A program made the position numbers and the translations under genes. Below the pieces are notes generated by a model. It worked only from the letters and a program-made list of their open reading frames with translations. It was not told the DNA's origin and made no database searches. Shown here piece by piece: positions 1 through 11,542 of a stretch of DNA of 64,000 nucleotides. The DNA is from Escherichia coli (GTDB lineage Bacteria > Pseudomonadota > Gammaproteobacteria > Enterobacterales > Enterobacteriaceae), in NCBI RefSeq assembly GCF_003018255.1, contig NZ_CP027440.1, one strand, 5' to 3'. Numbering within the stretch: the stretch's first letter is position 1; every line of letters starts with the position of its first letter.

Positions 1-891
1 AGAATGCACTTTCGTTGCGTCAAACTGTGTAGTTGCGCAGAATTTTTTCACGCGCACAGAGCTGACAGCGTATTTTTTGCCCGTAATTTTGCTCAGGATA
101 TCAAAACAATATCCACCCAGCATTCCTAGTGGGTAAGGCAAGTGCATAGAAGGGATCTTTTTGTTCAGGCTTTGTTCAACTTCAGCAACCAACTGGTTCA
201 TGTTCAGGTCTGGCTTATCAACGTAGTTATAAACCTCATAACCTGCGGCAACATTCTTCAGTTTGTACTTGATAAACTCAACAATGTTTCCAACATAAGC
301 CATGGACTTATAGTTAGTCCCTGCTCCCACCATCATAAACTTGCCGCCAGCGATCTGTTTCAGCAAGTTATAGACGTTACCGCGGTTGCGTTCACCGAAG
401 ATAACGGTAGGACGGATGATAGTTAATGAACGTTCTGATGGTGCTTTGTTATACCATTCACGCAGCACTTCCTCCGCCTGCCACTTACTTTTGCCGTAGT
501 GGTTGAAAGGGTCGTGTGGATGGTTTTCGTCAGGGTTGTGTTTGTTCAAACCATAAACAGCAACGGAACTGGTAAAGATGATATTTTTAACGCCATTTTT
601 TTCCATGGCCGCCAGCACATTGCGGGTACCCTGAACATTGACATCATAATAGAGAGAAGTAGGGCTGACGTCATCGCGGTGTTCCGCTGCCAGTAGCACA
701 ACAGTGTCAAAACCGGCTAACGCCTGGTCGAGTGCCTGTTGATCACGAACATCGCCAATCTGTGTGATTTCTGGATAAAAGTGGCTCTGCTGTTTGTCCA
801 GGTTCTTGATATTAAAGTCAGCAATTGCCGTTTCAAGTAGTCGGGTTCCTACGAATCCGGAAGCTCCTATGAGCAAAACGTTATCGTTCAT
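1..891 (-). CDS. gne: NAD-dependent sugar epimerase (SDR family), probably UDP-GlcNAc/GalNAc 4-epimerase Gne; 3' end cut by window edge
   Basis: Minus-strand ORF starting at ATG 889-891 (MNDNVLLIGASGFVGTRL...) with Rossmann GxSGxxG motif; runs off the window start. Position next to wcaM matches recalled gne location in GalNAc-containing O-serotypes. Confidence 0.6.
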   Translation of the reverse strand, partial: MNDNVLLIGASGFVGTRLLETAIADFNIKNLDKQQSHFYPEITQIGDVRDQQALDQALAGFDTVVLLAAEHRDDVSPTSLYYDVNVQGTRNVLAAMEKNGVKNIIFTSSVAVYGLNKHNPDENHPHDPFNHYGKSKWQAEEVLREWYNKAPSERSLTIIRPTVIFGERNRGNVYNLLKQIAGGKFMMVGAGTNYKSMAYVGNIVEFIKYKLKNVAAGYEVYNYVDKPDLNMNQLVAEVEQSLNKKIPSMHLPYPLGMLGGYCFDILSKITGKKYAVSSVRVKKFCATTQFDATKVHS

Positions 892-1048
892 AAATCACTT
901 TAGTCTGGTTGTTACGTAAGAAACACAAGATAAAGATGAGTACCTTCCCTGAGTAGTCAATGCTGCCCAGCCCCAGCTTTAACAGTTAGTGTGAGGATTA
1001 TAATCTTTTAGAACATTATATCCAGTAAGTTTATGAATGGTCGCAAAT

Positions 1049-2443
1049 CTACTCCCTCCGTTCCGGCAATCTAAAGTTAATCTTTTCCACATTAACAATA
1101 TGGTGATTAATCCTGTCGATATCGACAGAGCTTTGTCCTTTTTCATTCACCGCATGAACATTTGCAAGAGACAGGAGTGTTTCTTTTTTCGCCATAAAGA
1201 CACCTCGTACGTCTTTGCGCATGTCGAAGTTCATGCTCAGTGCGGGTCCAACAGTGGATTCCTGCATCACATTGATATTTCGCATAAAAAGATGTTGCGG
1301 TTTATTGTGAAGCTCCAGCGACGCACGCTTCATCTCAATGTTAGTCAGCGCCACAAAGGAGACAGCATTCCCGGCAGAGATTTGGATGCCGCGCAATTTA
1401 TAAGCAAGGTAGGTGTTATCCAGTTGAATATTATTCACCCGGAAATTCTGCGGTATCGAGAGATATTTGCCTTTAATTACCCCATAACCGATTAACATCC
1501 CGGCGCTATTAATCATTTCAATATTATCAATCACGAAATTGTCACAACCGTAAATAGCGACTGTCGCGTTATCAATGCCTGCTTTCTTACTGAAATCCGG
1601 TGTGATATTGCGGGCCTTGATATTACGAATAACAAAATGTTTACCATTTTCAACATGGATCAGTTGCCGACAATCCGATCCCGTGATATTCGCCACGACA
1701 AAGTTTTTCACTGCCTGGTTTTCCGGATAATTATTATCGTAGGTACTTCCCGCAAGGCCTATGCCGATGCCCCAGTTGATTTTGCCGTTGGTACAGTTAA
1801 TGCGCTCAATGAGATGGTCGGATATCAAAATATCACTGTCGTTAATCGCCACGTTCCATTCAATAGCGTCGCCCTGTAAGTCGCTGAACTTACAGTTGGT
1901 GATGTTGGCACCGATTATCTGGTTATGAAATCCCTGGCGTAAGATGGCGTAATTAGCGTGGCTAACGTTCAGGTTATCGATGGTCAGGTTACGCATGACC
2001 CGTTTGTTTTTGCCGCCGATATAAATCTGCGTTACCGGGCCAAAGCCGCTCATCGCAAGCCCTTTGATGGTGCAGTCAGAGCCGCGCACATCCAGGGTGA
2101 TGTTATGCATACTGCCGCCCTCCTCCCCTGTCACCTGGCTGCCGTCCTGTAAGACAAATCGCCCTCTGCCATTGCCGCGCAAGCTTCCAAGGATGTGTAA
2201 CGTTTTGCCAGGAGGAATGAAGATGCCGGTGTTGATATTGTCACAAACGAATCCAGCAGGCACGACGATCGTTCGCCCTTCGCTGAAGGCTTGTTTAAAT
2301 GAGGCGATCCAGTCGTGTGGGTTGTAGTCGTTAATGTTAACGCTTTGTCGGGCGGGAAGTGCGCGAGCGAAAGGGGTATGGAGGAAGGCAAGCGCCGAGC
2401 TTGCCGTCAGGAAGGTGCGTCGGGAGAGTTTTTTAAATGGCAT
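1049..2443 (-). CDS. wcaM: colanic acid biosynthesis protein WcaM
   Basis: 464 aa ORF with Tat-like signal ([15 protein letters not shown]); last gene of cps cluster in expected position. Confidence 0.9.
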   Translation of the reverse strand: MPFKKLSRRTFLTASSALAFLHTPFARALPARQSVNINDYNPHDWIASFKQAFSEGRTIVVPAGFVCDNINTGIFIPPGKTLHILGSLRGNGRGRFVLQDGSQVTGEEGGSMHNITLDVRGSDCTIKGLAMSGFGPVTQIYIGGKNKRVMRNLTIDNLNVSHANYAILRQGFHNQIIGANITNCKFSDLQGDAIEWNVAINDSDILISDHLIERINCTNGKINWGIGIGLAGSTYDNNYPENQAVKNFVVANITGSDCRQLIHVENGKHFVIRNIKARNITPDFSKKAGIDNATVAIYGCDNFVIDNIEMINSAGMLIGYGVIKGKYLSIPQNFRVNNIQLDNTYLAYKLRGIQISAGNAVSFVALTNIEMKRASLELHNKPQHLFMRNINVMQESTVGPALSMNFDMRKDVRGVFMAKKETLLSLANVHAVNEKGQSSVDIDRINHHIVNVEKINFRLPERRE

Positions 2444-2453
2444 GCGTTCTCCT

Positions 2454-3674
2454 CTATAAAGCTTGCAGCAAGCTGGCGAGTTCTCGATTGATCACCTGCT
2501 GGTTAAAATCGTGTTCGACTTTTTCGCGAGCACGTTTGATAACCGGAGCCAGTTCGTCGGTGTCCAGTTGGCTAAACGCCGCCAGTCGTTGCGCCAGTGC
2601 GCGAGCATCGTTCTCAGGCACCAGCCAGCCGGATTTATCGGCCTCCACCAGTTCCGGTATTCCGCTATGCAGAGTAGAAACCACCGGAATGCCGACCGCC
2701 ATCGCTTCCATTAGTGCCACCGGAATACCTTCCATATCGCCGTCCGCACCTGTAACCGATGGCAACAGGAAGACATCCGCGTCGTCGAGCATCGCCTTCA
2801 CTTCATGGCTCGGTTTAAAGCCCGGCATCTCTATCACATCTTCCAGTTGATATTGTTCGATGAGGGTGCGCAGGCGTCGTTCCCACGGGCCAATGCCGAG
2901 GATGCGATAGCGAAATGCCACGCCCTGCTCTTTCAACTGACGGCAGGCTTCGATCGCCACATGCAGGCCTTTTTTCTCGGTTAAGCGTGCGACGGAAATG
3001 ATTTCCAGCGGTATTGCGGGCGCTTTCACCGGACGCGGGCTAAAGCGCGTCATGTCCACGCCCATGCGCGATACAGCGATTTTTTCCCTCGGGCAGCCCA
3101 TTTTTTGCAGCCTCCCGGCCCACAGATCGCTTATCGGTAGCATCAGGTCGCCACGGCGGAACAGTTGCTGATATTCGGGAGTGTAGTGGTTGAGCACTTC
3201 CCGACTGGAGATATCAATACCGTGGAAGATAGTGGCAATTTTGCCGCGAATGATACCCAGTTCGCGTAGTTTTGCTGCGGTTACCCCCGCCGGGCCAAAA
3301 TGAGCGATAAAGACATCGGCATAAAATGGTGTTGCGACCTGACCACAAATGGCAGACAAAATCAGGTTCCGCGACTCGGCACCATAGCGTTTGAGGTTGA
3401 GCGCCTGCCAGGTATTTTTACGATGAATGCCGCGTAAGGTCTGGCTGGCGCGGTGGCGCAGCTTCGCCACTTTGCCCGTAGGTTCGTCCTGTAACCAGCG
3501 GGTTCTGGCGGCAAGGTTGTATTTCGTCCATGCCGCGTGGGTGTTCTCTGTATCGCCTTTTTGCAGCGCGACAATCTCCACCTCAAAGCCCATATCAATA
3601 AACGCAGTGATTTGGTTGAGGACGAAGGTTTCCGACGACAACGGAAATTTCAGTAAAAAGAAGCCGACCTTCAT
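2454..3674 (-). CDS. wcaL: colanic acid glycosyltransferase WcaL
   Basis: 406 aa ORF, GT4-type glycosyltransferase; 4-bp overlap with wcaK stop. Confidence 0.9.
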   Translation of the reverse strand: MKVGFFLLKFPLSSETFVLNQITAFIDMGFEVEIVALQKGDTENTHAAWTKYNLAARTRWLQDEPTGKVAKLRHRASQTLRGIHRKNTWQALNLKRYGAESRNLILSAICGQVATPFYADVFIAHFGPAGVTAAKLRELGIIRGKIATIFHGIDISSREVLNHYTPEYQQLFRRGDLMLPISDLWAGRLQKMGCPREKIAVSRMGVDMTRFSPRPVKAPAIPLEIISVARLTEKKGLHVAIEACRQLKEQGVAFRYRILGIGPWERRLRTLIEQYQLEDVIEMPGFKPSHEVKAMLDDADVFLLPSVTGADGDMEGIPVALMEAMAVGIPVVSTLHSGIPELVEADKSGWLVPENDARALAQRLAAFSQLDTDELAPVIKRAREKVEHDFNQQVINRELASLLQAL

Positions 3675-4951
3675 TTCGCCTCCCCGATGCGCTCAAGCAC
3701 TGACTGCACCATCTGCATTCCTGTCTGACGCTCACGACTGACGGCTTCACTAAGTCGCGCATTCAGCGCCGGAAGCTGGCCTAAGGTATCCGCAACCATC
3801 GCTTGCAGGCTGCCGTCCAGTAAATGACGGATATCAATTGCCATCTCTGGTAGCCCCAGTTGTTGCATAATCCCGGCGGATTTATGTTCATAGTTGATGG
3901 CAATCGCCGGAGTGGCAAAGTTCATCGAGATAATGGCAGAGTGCAAGCGCGTACCGACGGTGAGTTCACAGGCCCCCAGAATTTTGCCCATTTCCAGATC
4001 ATTGAGTTCATCCATCACTACGTGGTAACGGGCAGGATCGCTGATGTGCTGGCGCAGGTTGAGCGCCACCATGCGGTCGTCTTTGTTATAGCTGTCGATG
4101 CCCGTACAGGTGGAAAGCGCAATCACCTGATAGCCTTCGTCGAGAATGCGATTGACCACCCCGGCAAAGGCTTTTTCATACGCTTGCTGAGTGGTGCCGA
4201 GACGTTTGTCGAACGGTGCCAGTTCGCGCAGGGTAATTGCCACCGTTTTCTGTTGTGCGGCAACGTCCAGCCAGTGTTGAACAGCATAGCTGGCGGTGAA
4301 GTCTTCAATGTGGTGATCGACCAGCCACGCGGTATCGACGCCATGTTCAACTTTTGCAGTGGTGATATTGCTGCGTTTCATCAAATCAAGGCTGACCGAT
4401 TCGCGCAGGATCAGCGCGTCGCAGTGACCAAAGACATAGTTCGCCAGTTGGTTAAATTGCTCATCCTGGAAGGGGCCGACGCTGTGACCAATCATAAACA
4501 GCGGCTTTTTCGCCATGAAAGTGCAAAGCGCATGTTCAAACTGCGGCACGCCATAGAGATCGACAAAAAACGATCCGCCGACCTGAATAATGGCGTCGTA
4601 ACCTGACAGCAGTCGCACGAAGTCAGTGAATCCCTGGGCGATGGCGATATTACGCAGCTTGCCAGTGTCGGTGACGCGTGAGAGCAATACCTGGTGCTGG
4701 TAGCGGCGACGGAGGACTTTTTTAACGCGCCCAACAACGCCCGCCGCGCTGTTGTGTTGTTTCATTTGCAGGAACAGCGGGTCGCCCATTACCGGGCGGT
4801 TGAGCAGCCAGGAAGAACTGACCGGATAGCGGCTCATCACGTCCACTTCGGCATGTGGATTGAGGATGTTGATGGCATCAAGTAAGCCACGCAGGATGGC
4901 GCTATCGCCACGATTGCCGCAAGTGTGGTTGCCCAGAATAAGTAATTTCAT
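3671..4951 (-). CDS. wcaK: colanic acid pyruvyl transferase WcaK
   Basis: 426 aa ORF (MKLLILGNHTCGNRGDSAIL...), polysaccharide pyruvyl transferase family. Confidence 0.9.
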   Translation of the reverse strand: MKLLILGNHTCGNRGDSAILRGLLDAINILNPHAEVDVMSRYPVSSSWLLNRPVMGDPLFLQMKQHNSAAGVVGRVKKVLRRRYQHQVLLSRVTDTGKLRNIAIAQGFTDFVRLLSGYDAIIQVGGSFFVDLYGVPQFEHALCTFMAKKPLFMIGHSVGPFQDEQFNQLANYVFGHCDALILRESVSLDLMKRSNITTAKVEHGVDTAWLVDHHIEDFTASYAVQHWLDVAAQQKTVAITLRELAPFDKRLGTTQQAYEKAFAGVVNRILDEGYQVIALSTCTGIDSYNKDDRMVALNLRQHISDPARYHVVMDELNDLEMGKILGACELTVGTRLHSAIISMNFATPAIAINYEHKSAGIMQQLGLPEMAIDIRHLLDGSLQAMVADTLGQLPALNARLSEAVSRERQTGMQMVQSVLERIGEAK

Positions 4952-4974
4952 TTTTTCCTCATAAATTTGATGCC

Positions 4975-5605
4975 AGGTGAGGCTGTGTTTGTTGTGTTCG
5001 TTGCCGTTTTTTGCCTGATGCGACGCTAACGCGTCTTATCAGACCTACAAGTCCCGAGCACAGAACCGTAGGCCGGATAAGGCGTTCACGCCGCATCCGG
5101 CATTCAGTGCCTGATGCGACGCTGACGCGTCTTATCAGGCCTACAAGATCCGAGCACAGAACCGTAGGACGGATAAGGCGTTCACGCCGCATCCGGCATT
5201 CAGTGCCTGATGCGACGCTGACGCGTCTTATCAGGCCTACAAGATCCGAGCACAGAACCGTAGGACGGATAAGGCGTTCACGCCGCATCCGGCATTCAGT
5301 GCCTGATGCGACGCTGACGCGTCTTATCAGGCCTACAAGACCCGAGCACAGAGCCGTAGGACGGATAAGGCGTTTTACGCCGCATCCGGCATTCAGTGCC
5401 TGATGCGACGCTGACGCGTCTTATCAGGCCTACAAGATCCGAGCACAGAACCGTAGGCCGGATAAGGCGTTCACGCCGCATCCGGCATTCAGTGCCTGAT
5501 GCGACGCTGGCGCGTCTTATCAGGCCTACAAGATCCAAGCCCAGCCCCCCAGGACGGATAAGGCGTTTTACGCCGCATCCGGCAACCGTTGCCGGAACCG
5601 AAAAC
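4975..5605. repeat. REP/BIME array, about six tandem ~98-bp units of paired inverted REP elements
   Basis: Motif gcctgatgcgacgctgacgcgtcttatcaggcctacaag...ggataaggcgttcacgccgcatccggc recurs at ~5004, 5110, 5208, 5300, 5398, 5494. Confidence 0.9.
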
Positions 5606-5611
5606 AACCAT

Positions 5612-7090
5612 TCACCCCGCCCGTAAAAGCATTTTCATTTTTTCGCTGCGACAAAACTGACGCTTCACTTCCACCACCAGCGGATGGCGTGACAGCACAA
5701 TCATCACCACAAACGCCAGCACGCCTGCGGCTATTTGCACCGCCAGCAGCATCCCCAGCGCCAGTTGCCCTTTCAGCACAATGCCCAGCGCATAACTGAC
5801 CCCCAGTGTCGGCAACGAGAGATAAAACGGCAGCCACAAACTCAGGATGTACTGGCGATAACTGGAACCAAGAACCGGTTTAATCATCACGAAGTAACTC
5901 AGAATGGTGTTGATAATCTGCACCAGCAGGAAACCGAGCGTGACGCCGATTGCGCCCGCCATCTGCCCACCAATAACAATCGCCGGAATAAACAGAAATG
6001 TTTTGAATACGTTGAATTTAAAGCTGATATCGACCCGCGCTTTCGCCATCAGCAGCGAACCAATCGGGTTACCCACCGAACGCAGCAGTCCCACCACACA
6101 CAGCAATTGCAGCACCGGAATAATGCTGTTCCACTTCTCACCAAAGACCAGCGGTACAAAGTTATTCGACACCACCATCAGCCCCAGCAGCGCCGGAAAG
6201 TTGATAATCCCCACCACCGACAGCAGCTTGTAGAAGTTGACGCGCAGCTTTTCGGTGTCGTCCTGAATTTTGGCAAATGCCGGAAACAACACGCGGGTGA
6301 TGATTGGGTTCAGCTTCATCGGCGGCACAACGGCCACGTTGTACGCCAGGTTGTATCCCCCTGCCACGCCCGCGCCGAGAATACGCGCCAGCACCAGCGT
6401 TGAAAGGTTAGTGTTGAGATAGTTGATGATGCTGTCCGCCGTCAGCCAGGCACCAAAGCGTAAGTTCGGTGCCACCGACGCCAGCGAGAAATGCAGACCG
6501 GGGCGATAAATTTTGCGACCAAAGTAGCCAAACAGCAGCGTTCTCACCGCACTATTGACCAGATAACCGAGGATCGCAGTCATCGCCAGCGGCCAGAAAT
6601 GGGCGCTAACCACCGTAAAAGTGAAGCCCGCCAGCACCGCGCTGGTTTCGATCATGCCGATTTTGTTGAACTCCAGCTCCTTCTGCATCAACGCGCGGAA
6701 CTGTTGCCCGTGGGGGATTACCACAAACGCCAGCGACAATGTTTTAATCAACGGTGCCAGGTCCGGGTTGTTCAGCACGTCACCAATGAGATCACTCAAC
6801 AAAAACACCGCCACACACACCACAAGCCCCAGCCCGACGTTTAGCCAGTACAGCGTGGTGAGTTCAAGGTGGCTGATTTCTTTTCGCTGAATAATCGAGT
6901 TAGCGATACCGAAGTCAGAAAGCGTATCTGCCAGCGCGATAATCACCAGCGACACGGTAAGCAGGCCGAACTGGTGGTTGTCGATAATCCGCGCCAGCAC
7001 GGTCATCTGCACCAGCCCAAGGCCGATGATGATCACCGTGGCAATCGCCGACCACTTCGCGCCGCTGATGGTTTTTTCACGTAAGCTCAT
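5612..7090 (-). CDS. wzxC: colanic acid repeat-unit flippase WzxC
   Basis: 492 aa polytopic membrane ORF (MSLREKTISGAKWSA...). Confidence 0.9.
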   Translation of the reverse strand: MSLREKTISGAKWSAIATVIIIGLGLVQMTVLARIIDNHQFGLLTVSLVIIALADTLSDFGIANSIIQRKEISHLELTTLYWLNVGLGLVVCVAVFLLSDLIGDVLNNPDLAPLIKTLSLAFVVIPHGQQFRALMQKELEFNKIGMIETSAVLAGFTFTVVSAHFWPLAMTAILGYLVNSAVRTLLFGYFGRKIYRPGLHFSLASVAPNLRFGAWLTADSIINYLNTNLSTLVLARILGAGVAGGYNLAYNVAVVPPMKLNPIITRVLFPAFAKIQDDTEKLRVNFYKLLSVVGIINFPALLGLMVVSNNFVPLVFGEKWNSIIPVLQLLCVVGLLRSVGNPIGSLLMAKARVDISFKFNVFKTFLFIPAIVIGGQMAGAIGVTLGFLLVQIINTILSYFVMIKPVLGSSYRQYILSLWLPFYLSLPTLGVSYALGIVLKGQLALGMLLAVQIAAGVLAFVVMIVLSRHPLVVEVKRQFCRSEKMKMLLRAG

Positions 7091-7091
7091 A

Positions 7092-8486
7092 TCAATATGC
7101 CGCTTTGTTAACGAAACCTTTGAATACCGTCAGGAAAACGATTTTGATATCGAACCAGACGCTCCATTCGCGGATGTACTCAAGGTCGAACTCGACGCGT
7201 TTTTCCATTTTCTCCAGTGTGTCGGTTTCGCCGCGCCAGCCGTTAATCTGCGCCCAGCCGGTAATGCCCGGTTTCACTTTATGGCGCAGCATGTAGCCTT
7301 CAATGAGCTGGCGATACTGTTCGTTATGCGCCACCGCGTGCGGACGTGGCCCGACAATCGACATCCCGCCAGTCAGCACATTGATAAACTGCGGCAATTC
7401 ATCCAGCGAGGTGCGGCGCAGAAAGTTCCCCACTTTGGTGACGCGCGGATCGTTCTGCGTCGCCTGGGTCACCACTTTGTCGTTCTCCATCACTTTCATG
7501 GAACGGAACTTCCACACTTTGATCGGCTTGCCGTCCATGCCGTAGCGAGTCTGGCGGAAAATAACCGGCCCCGGTGAGCTCAGTTTCACCGCCAGCGCAA
7601 TGCAGCACAGCACCGGGGAGATCAGCAGCAGGATAAGCGTCGCCAGCACAATATCTTCCGCACGTTTGAGCAGGCGGTTAACCCCGGAAAGCGGCGTGTC
7701 ATACAGCGGCACCACCGGAACGCCGTTCATCTCTTCGAGACGTGAATGGAGAATGTTGAAGGTAAAGACATCGGGGATCAGCAGCACCGAACAGGTGGTA
7801 TCCGCCAGTTGATGGACCAGTTTTTTCACTCGCGCGCCGTCGCACATTTGCATTGCGATATAGACGTTATGAATCTTGCCCGCTTTCGCATCCTCGACCA
7901 GCTGTTGCAGATTGCCCGCCCAGTCGTTAGAAACGCCGCCCGGTTTCGGGTCGTGGTAAACGCCCACCACTTCAAACCCTAACCACGGCTGATTACGGAA
8001 GCTCTCCATCAGCATTTGTCCGGCGGCTAAATCTCCCGCTACGGCGACCATGCGCTTGTTATAGCCATGATTACGCAGCCAGCCCGCCCCAATGCGAATA
8101 CACGAACGGCAAACCACCAGTCCGATGCTGGTCAGCCCATACCACGCCAGCCAGATTTTCAGTTGCGTGTCGAAATCATTGTTGAACGCCACCAGCCCGG
8201 CGCTGAAAATCACGCTTAACGTCCAGTTTTGTAGCAGCAGGGCAAATTCTGTCGCTGCCCGAACACCGCGCCATGAGCGATAAAAATCGGTGATGCCGCC
8301 CAGCATCTGGAACACCACCAGCGTAATCAGCGCCACCAACAGGTGCATGTAGAGGAATGACAGTCCGCTGACTTCGCAAACCAGCCATAGCCCGGCAAAC
8401 ATGATGGTGATATCTGAAAAGCGTTGCACCATAGAGATTAACGATGCATTGGTTTTCGCTCGCTCGCGCTTTTTTAGATTTGTCAT
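7092..8486 (-). CDS. wcaJ: undecaprenyl-phosphate glucose-1-phosphate transferase WcaJ
   Basis: 464 aa ORF with N-terminal membrane segments and C-terminal sugar-transferase domain. Confidence 0.9.
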   Translation of the reverse strand: MTNLKKRERAKTNASLISMVQRFSDITIMFAGLWLVCEVSGLSFLYMHLLVALITLVVFQMLGGITDFYRSWRGVRAATEFALLLQNWTLSVIFSAGLVAFNNDFDTQLKIWLAWYGLTSIGLVVCRSCIRIGAGWLRNHGYNKRMVAVAGDLAAGQMLMESFRNQPWLGFEVVGVYHDPKPGGVSNDWAGNLQQLVEDAKAGKIHNVYIAMQMCDGARVKKLVHQLADTTCSVLLIPDVFTFNILHSRLEEMNGVPVVPLYDTPLSGVNRLLKRAEDIVLATLILLLISPVLCCIALAVKLSSPGPVIFRQTRYGMDGKPIKVWKFRSMKVMENDKVVTQATQNDPRVTKVGNFLRRTSLDELPQFINVLTGGMSIVGPRPHAVAHNEQYRQLIEGYMLRHKVKPGITGWAQINGWRGETDTLEKMEKRVEFDLEYIREWSVWFDIKIVFLTVFKGFVNKAAY

Positions 8487-8540
8487 CGTTGTTCCTGTTA
8501 TTAGCCCCTTACCCGCAGTGGGGTAAGGGAAGATCCGACA

Positions 8541-9911
8541 TTACTCGTTCAGCAACGTCAGCAGAGTTCGCGTTCGCGCTTCCATCAGCGGCACGTCACC
8601 GCGCGATTCCACATTCAACCGCACCACCGGTTCGGTGTTGGAGGAGCGCAGATTAAAGCGCCAGTCGGCAAAGGTCATACTGATGCCATCGGTGCGATCC
8701 ACCGCCAGCGCCTCACGGCTAAAATGCTGTTCGACGCGGTTAATCGCCTCAACGGGTTGCGCCAGTTTGCTGTTGATCTCACCGCTTGCCGGAAACGCTG
8801 CCATCCGGTCGCGCACCAGTTCGCCCAGCGTTTTTCCTTTCAGGCACACCAGTTCGGCCACCAGCAGCCATGGGATCATGCCGCTGTCGCAGTAAGCAAA
8901 ATCACGGAAGTAATGGTGGGCGCTCATTTCGCCACCGTAGATGGCGTCTTCCTTGCGCATCCGTTCTTTAATAAAGGCGTGTCCGGTTTTCGACATTACC
9001 GGGGTGCCGCCTGCGGCAGTCACCACATCAACGGTGTTCCAGGAGAGACGCGGATCGTGGATGATCTTCGCGCCGGGATTATTTTCGAGGAACGCTTCTG
9101 CCAGCAGGCCGACAATGTAGTAGCCCTCGATAAACTGCCCTTTTTCGTCAAACAGAAAACAGCGGTCAAAATCGCCATCAAAGGCAATGCCCATATCCGC
9201 GCCGTGTTTGATGACCGCATTGCGGGTGTCGTCGCGGCATTCCGGCAGCAGCGGGTTAGGAATTCCGTTGGGGAAATTGCCGTCCGGCGTGTTGTGCACT
9301 TTGATCAATTCCACTGGTGCGCCGAGGGCTTTAAAGCGGGCTTCAATGGCGTCCACCACCGGACCCGCTGCGCCGTTCCCGGAGTTGATCACCAGCTTGA
9401 GCGGCGTGAGGTTTTTGACGTTGATATAACCGAACAGGTGATCAACGTAAGCGTCACGCAGATTGATTTGCTGATAGCGACCGCGTTTGGTTTCATCAAC
9501 GGGAGAGAAGTCGTTGGCTTCTGCCAGACGCTGGACATCGCGCAGTCCGGTATCACCGCTGATCGGGCGAGCCCCTTCGCGCACCAGCTTCATGCCGTTA
9601 TAATCCATCGGATTATGGCTGGCGGTAACTTCAATGCCGCCATCCACGCCGAGATGGAACGTGGCGAAATAGATCTCTTCGGTGCCGGACATACCAATAT
9701 CCAGCACATCGACGCCCGCATCCTGTAAACCTTTCGCCAGCGCCAGTTTTAAGGTTTCGCTGGTGAGGCGGGCATCACCACCTAACACAATGGTTTTCGG
9801 TTTGAGAAATTCGCCATAGGCGCGACCAATGCGCCAGGCGATATCTTCATTCAGTTCTTCGCCTAATTTTCCGCGAATATCATAGGCTTTAAAGCAGGTT
9901 AATTTTTTCAT
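8541..9911 (-). CDS. cpsG: phosphomannomutase CpsG (ManB)
   Basis: ORF 8541-9959; start placed at internal [14 protein letters not shown] giving 456 aa; phosphohexomutase motif TASHNP present. Confidence 0.88.
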   Translation of the reverse strand: MKKLTCFKAYDIRGKLGEELNEDIAWRIGRAYGEFLKPKTIVLGGDARLTSETLKLALAKGLQDAGVDVLDIGMSGTEEIYFATFHLGVDGGIEVTASHNPMDYNGMKLVREGARPISGDTGLRDVQRLAEANDFSPVDETKRGRYQQINLRDAYVDHLFGYINVKNLTPLKLVINSGNGAAGPVVDAIEARFKALGAPVELIKVHNTPDGNFPNGIPNPLLPECRDDTRNAVIKHGADMGIAFDGDFDRCFLFDEKGQFIEGYYIVGLLAEAFLENNPGAKIIHDPRLSWNTVDVVTAAGGTPVMSKTGHAFIKERMRKEDAIYGGEMSAHHYFRDFAYCDSGMIPWLLVAELVCLKGKTLGELVRDRMAAFPASGEINSKLAQPVEAINRVEQHFSREALAVDRTDGISMTFADWRFNLRSSNTEPVVRLNVESRGDVPLMEARTRTLLTLLNE

Positions 9912-9999
9912 ATCGTTACCCTTTTTCAGGCAATAGTTGGCCCTGACCGAAGCGGCCAATTTTGTTTTTGTCGTTATTTACATCGCGGTTTCGCATTCA

Positions 10000-10103
<104 letters not shown>

Positions 10104-11540
10104 TTACACCCGTCCGTAGCGATCCGCGAAGCGCACCACATCATCCTCTTCGAGATAAGAGCCGGAGCGCACTTCAATTAAATCGAGCGGAATTTTCCCC
10201 GGGTTTTCCAGGCAATGCGTCGCCCCCAGCGGAATATAAATGGACTCGTTTTCACCAAGGAGTTTGATATCACCGTCGATAGTGACTTTTGCCGTTCCCG
10301 CGACCACTACCCAGTGTTCCGCGCGGTGATGGTGCATCTGTACTGACAAGCCTTCGCCCGGTTTCACGGTGATGCGTTTCACCTGGTAGCGGTCGCCCGC
10401 GTCGATAGAGTCATATTTGCCCCACGGACGATACACTTCGCGATGCACCCGATGCTCATGGCGACCATCGGCTTTGATCTGCTCGACCACTTTTTTCACA
10501 TCCTGCACCGCGTTACGGTCGGCAATCAGCACCGCATCTTTGGTCTGCACCACCACCAGATCTTTCACCCCGACGGTGGTGACCAGGCCAGATTCGGCAT
10601 ACACATAGCTGTTTTCAGTTTTGTGATTAATCACATCGCCGTGGCAAACGTTGCCCTCGGCGGTGTGGGCGCTGATCTCCCATAAAGAGGACCAGGAACC
10701 GACATCGCTCCAGCCCGCATCCATCGGCACCACAACAGCATCTGCCGTACGTTCCATGACTGCGTAATCCACCGACTCTTCCGGGCAGGCGAGAAACGCT
10801 TCTTCATCCACACGAATAAAATCGAGATCCGGATCGATGGCGCTCATCGCTTTTTCACAGGCGTCGAGAATATCCGGGCGATATTTTTTCAGTTCTTCGA
10901 GATAGCGTCCGGCGCGGAACAGAAACATACCGCTGTTCCAGTAATATTCGCCGCTTGCCACATAGGCCTGCGCGGTTTCCAGATTCGGTTTTTCGACAAA
11001 CTGCGCCACTTCAAAGGCCACCGTATCCTGCTCACCCGCAGACACTTCACCGCGACGAATATAGCCATATCCGGTTTCAGGTAGATCCGGCACAATGCCG
11101 AAGGTCACCAGCTTGCCCGCTTCGGCATACGGCATGGCATTACGCACGGCGGTGCGAAAAGCGTCTTCATCGGCAATCACATGATCCGCCGCCAGCACCA
11201 GCATTAATGGGTCGCTCTCCGGGCTATGACGTTTTGCCGCCAGCGCCGCCAGCGCAATGGCAGGTGCAGTGTTACGCCCTGCCGGTTCGAGAATAATATT
11301 CTCGGTGAGTTTGTTCAGTTGACGCAGCTGTTCCGCGACAATAAAGCGGTGCTGCTCATTGCAAATCACCACCGGGCTTTCGCACTCCACGCCGTTCAGG
11401 CGGCAGATGGTGGTTTGCAGCATGGTGAGATCGCCTTTCAGGCATAAAAACTGCTTGGGGTAAAGTACGCGGGAAAGCGGCCATAAGCGGCTACCGGAGC
11501 CACCTGCCATCACAACTGGATAGAGTTTCGACTGCGCCAT
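10104..11540 (-). CDS. cpsB: mannose-1-phosphate guanylyltransferase CpsB (ManC)
   Basis: 478 aa ORF ([24 protein letters not shown]...), nucleotidyltransferase plus C-terminal cupin. Confidence 0.9.
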   Translation of the reverse strand: MAQSKLYPVVMAGGSGSRLWPLSRVLYPKQFLCLKGDLTMLQTTICRLNGVECESPVVICNEQHRFIVAEQLRQLNKLTENIILEPAGRNTAPAIALAALAAKRHSPESDPLMLVLAADHVIADEDAFRTAVRNAMPYAEAGKLVTFGIVPDLPETGYGYIRRGEVSAGEQDTVAFEVAQFVEKPNLETAQAYVASGEYYWNSGMFLFRAGRYLEELKKYRPDILDACEKAMSAIDPDLDFIRVDEEAFLACPEESVDYAVMERTADAVVVPMDAGWSDVGSWSSLWEISAHTAEGNVCHGDVINHKTENSYVYAESGLVTTVGVKDLVVVQTKDAVLIADRNAVQDVKKVVEQIKADGRHEHRVHREVYRPWGKYDSIDAGDRYQVKRITVKPGEGLSVQMHHHRAEHWVVVAGTAKVTIDGDIKLLGENESIYIPLGATHCLENPGKIPLDLIEVRSGSYLEEDDVVRFADRYGRV

Positions 11541-11542
11541 AA

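Noticed and set aside
3860-4606. 248 aa plus-strand ORF
   Set aside because: Antisense shadow ORF within wcaK.
4959-5626. Four ORFs of 76-130 aa on both strands (4959-5288, 5011-5403, 5296-5607, 5396-5626) with internally repeated peptides
   Set aside because: They lie entirely within the REP/BIME array; the repeated peptide sequences are artefacts of translating tandem DNA repeats, with no independent start signals.
5735-6403. 222 aa plus-strand ORF rich in H, Q and R
   Set aside because: Antisense to wzxC; composition typical of a reverse-frame translation of a membrane-protein gene.
8724-9728. 334 aa plus-strand ORF
   Set aside because: Fully antisense to cpsG (manB), whose product is unambiguous; typical shadow ORF in GC-rich coding sequence.
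9912-9959. Upstream in-frame ATG extending cpsG by 16 codons
   Set aside because: Extension ([16 protein letters not shown]) is not part of the recalled ManB N-terminus; internal [14 protein letters not shown] is the conserved start.
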